DNA from: Geosiphon pyriformis uo1
Taxonomy: Eukaryota; Fungi; Glomeromycota
NCBI GenBank assembly: GCA_016748015.1
Contig: JAAOMT010000349.1
Span: 133,285 to 197,284, forward strand
Length of the DNA: 64,000 nt
Reading direction: 5' to 3'
Positions 63,001 to 64,000 of this stretch are shown one piece after another; position 1 is the first letter of the stretch; each line of letters opens with the position of its first letter. The position numbers and the translations under genes are program-made. The notes under the pieces are model-generated. The model was not told the DNA's origin. It worked only from the letters and a program-made list of their open reading frames with translations, and searched no databases.

Positions 63001-64000
63001 TAATTAAAAAAAAACTCATATTTATTTATTTTACAAAATAATAAATCATAAAAAACTTTTTACAAAAAAAAAAAAAATTTTATCTTAATTTAAATTATTA
63101 TAAACTTTGTATTTATTAAACAAACCAAAATTTGTCATAGTTTACTTATTTAACAAAGCTATAAGCTTGGTTAAGTTATTTTAAATGTTTTTAAAATCTT
63201 AGAAACAAATAGTTTTAAATAATAAAACTTAAAAAAAGCAGCATATTTGACAATTTTATTACTTTTAAACCACATTTTCAATAATATCTTATTAGCTATA
63301 AAATATATAATCCAAATAAACAGTACTTATATTTTATTAAAATTATTTATTATTTATTATTTTTCAAAATTATTAATTATTTACAAAAAAAAACTTAATA
63401 TAGAATTATTAAATATCTTTTAAAATTTTTTACTAATATTATTAATTTTGTATTTTTATTTGTTTTTATTAATCTGTTTATATATTAAATTAATCTAAAA
63501 TCAAAAAAACTTTTTAAATTAATATTCACAAAAACAGCAGAGTAATTAGTATTAAAAAACTTATTAAGTTAATAAATACATTAATTAAATACAAAACTAT
63601 AAAGATTATTATTAACTAAAATAAAATCAATATACTTTTTAATCTCTTTAGAGTTTAACTATATAAGATATTTACTAAAAAAAATCACCCAAAAAATTGA
63701 ACAATTTTAAAACTCTGAACTTTTAAAGCTTATACTACAATCAAACTTATTTTTATTGAAATTTCTATCCAATACTACAAAAAATTATTATTAAAAACAA
63801 CAGCTATTATTAAATTAATATTACTAATTTGGGCCAACTTTTTATTCAAAATAATATTAATATACAATCTGATAATTAAAACTAAAAAATAATTTTTAAA
63901 CAATAAATATAACAACAAAAACTAACTAGCTATTTTAGTAACTTTGCAAATATGTTGAATTAAATTAGTATTCATATTAATTATAATACCAAAATCTGAA
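60050..64000 (-). mobile_element. Highly decayed LINE L5 ORF2 (RT to RNase H), partly duplicated across the gap
   Basis: 61575-61670 aligns with L1 12553-12650, 61930-62180 with L1 12910-13165, and 60654-60720 with the reconstructed L1 RNase H end. The lower boundary is approximate. Confidence 0.75.
61920..64000 (+). repeat. Near-identical direct duplication (61920-62861 versus 62882-64000) around a 20-N gap
   Basis: Copy 2 starts at the gap and both copies end on the same base. Copy 2 has 176 extra bp at 63346-63521. Confidence 0.95.

Noticed and set aside
25135-64000. Organellar or endosymbiont DNA suggested by the extreme AT content
   Set aside because: Most of it aligns to the same LINE and Gypsy families as the left part of the window, and no rRNA, tRNA or organellar genes were seen.

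Overview
This 64-kb window is eukaryotic, repeat-only DNA with no recognisable host gene. A Glomeromycotina fungus such as Geosiphon is my inference from element style and is not proven. The window is a nested stack of mutated retroelements. There are at least six copies or fragments of an APE-RT-RNase H LINE: two near full-length (687-17173 minus, 18388-25134 plus) and the rest truncated or decayed. Ty3/Gypsy LTR elements occur as subfamily A (A1 1801-11532 minus, A2 34151-43918 plus, rearranged A3 49161-~56400, solo LTR 47786-48626), subfamily B (28585-47052 minus, LTR fragment 1-375) and a B-related solo LTR (54233-55215). Every LTR insertion with both ends visible has a 4-bp target-site duplication (TSD). 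The main candidate novelty is the Gypsy architecture shared by A and B. One long frame encodes Gag, protease, a Cys-rich unknown domain, dUTPase, RT and RNase H. It then stops, and the integrase follows as an apparently separate ORF with its own Met after a 29-59 nt spacer. A third, non-env ORF runs through the polypurine tract (PPT) into the 3' LTR. All copies show heavy C>T/G>A decay in CpG and non-CpG contexts, and surviving CpGs are enriched in TCGA. The window ends in a near-identical duplication across a 20-N gap. All alignments and counts were done by eye.
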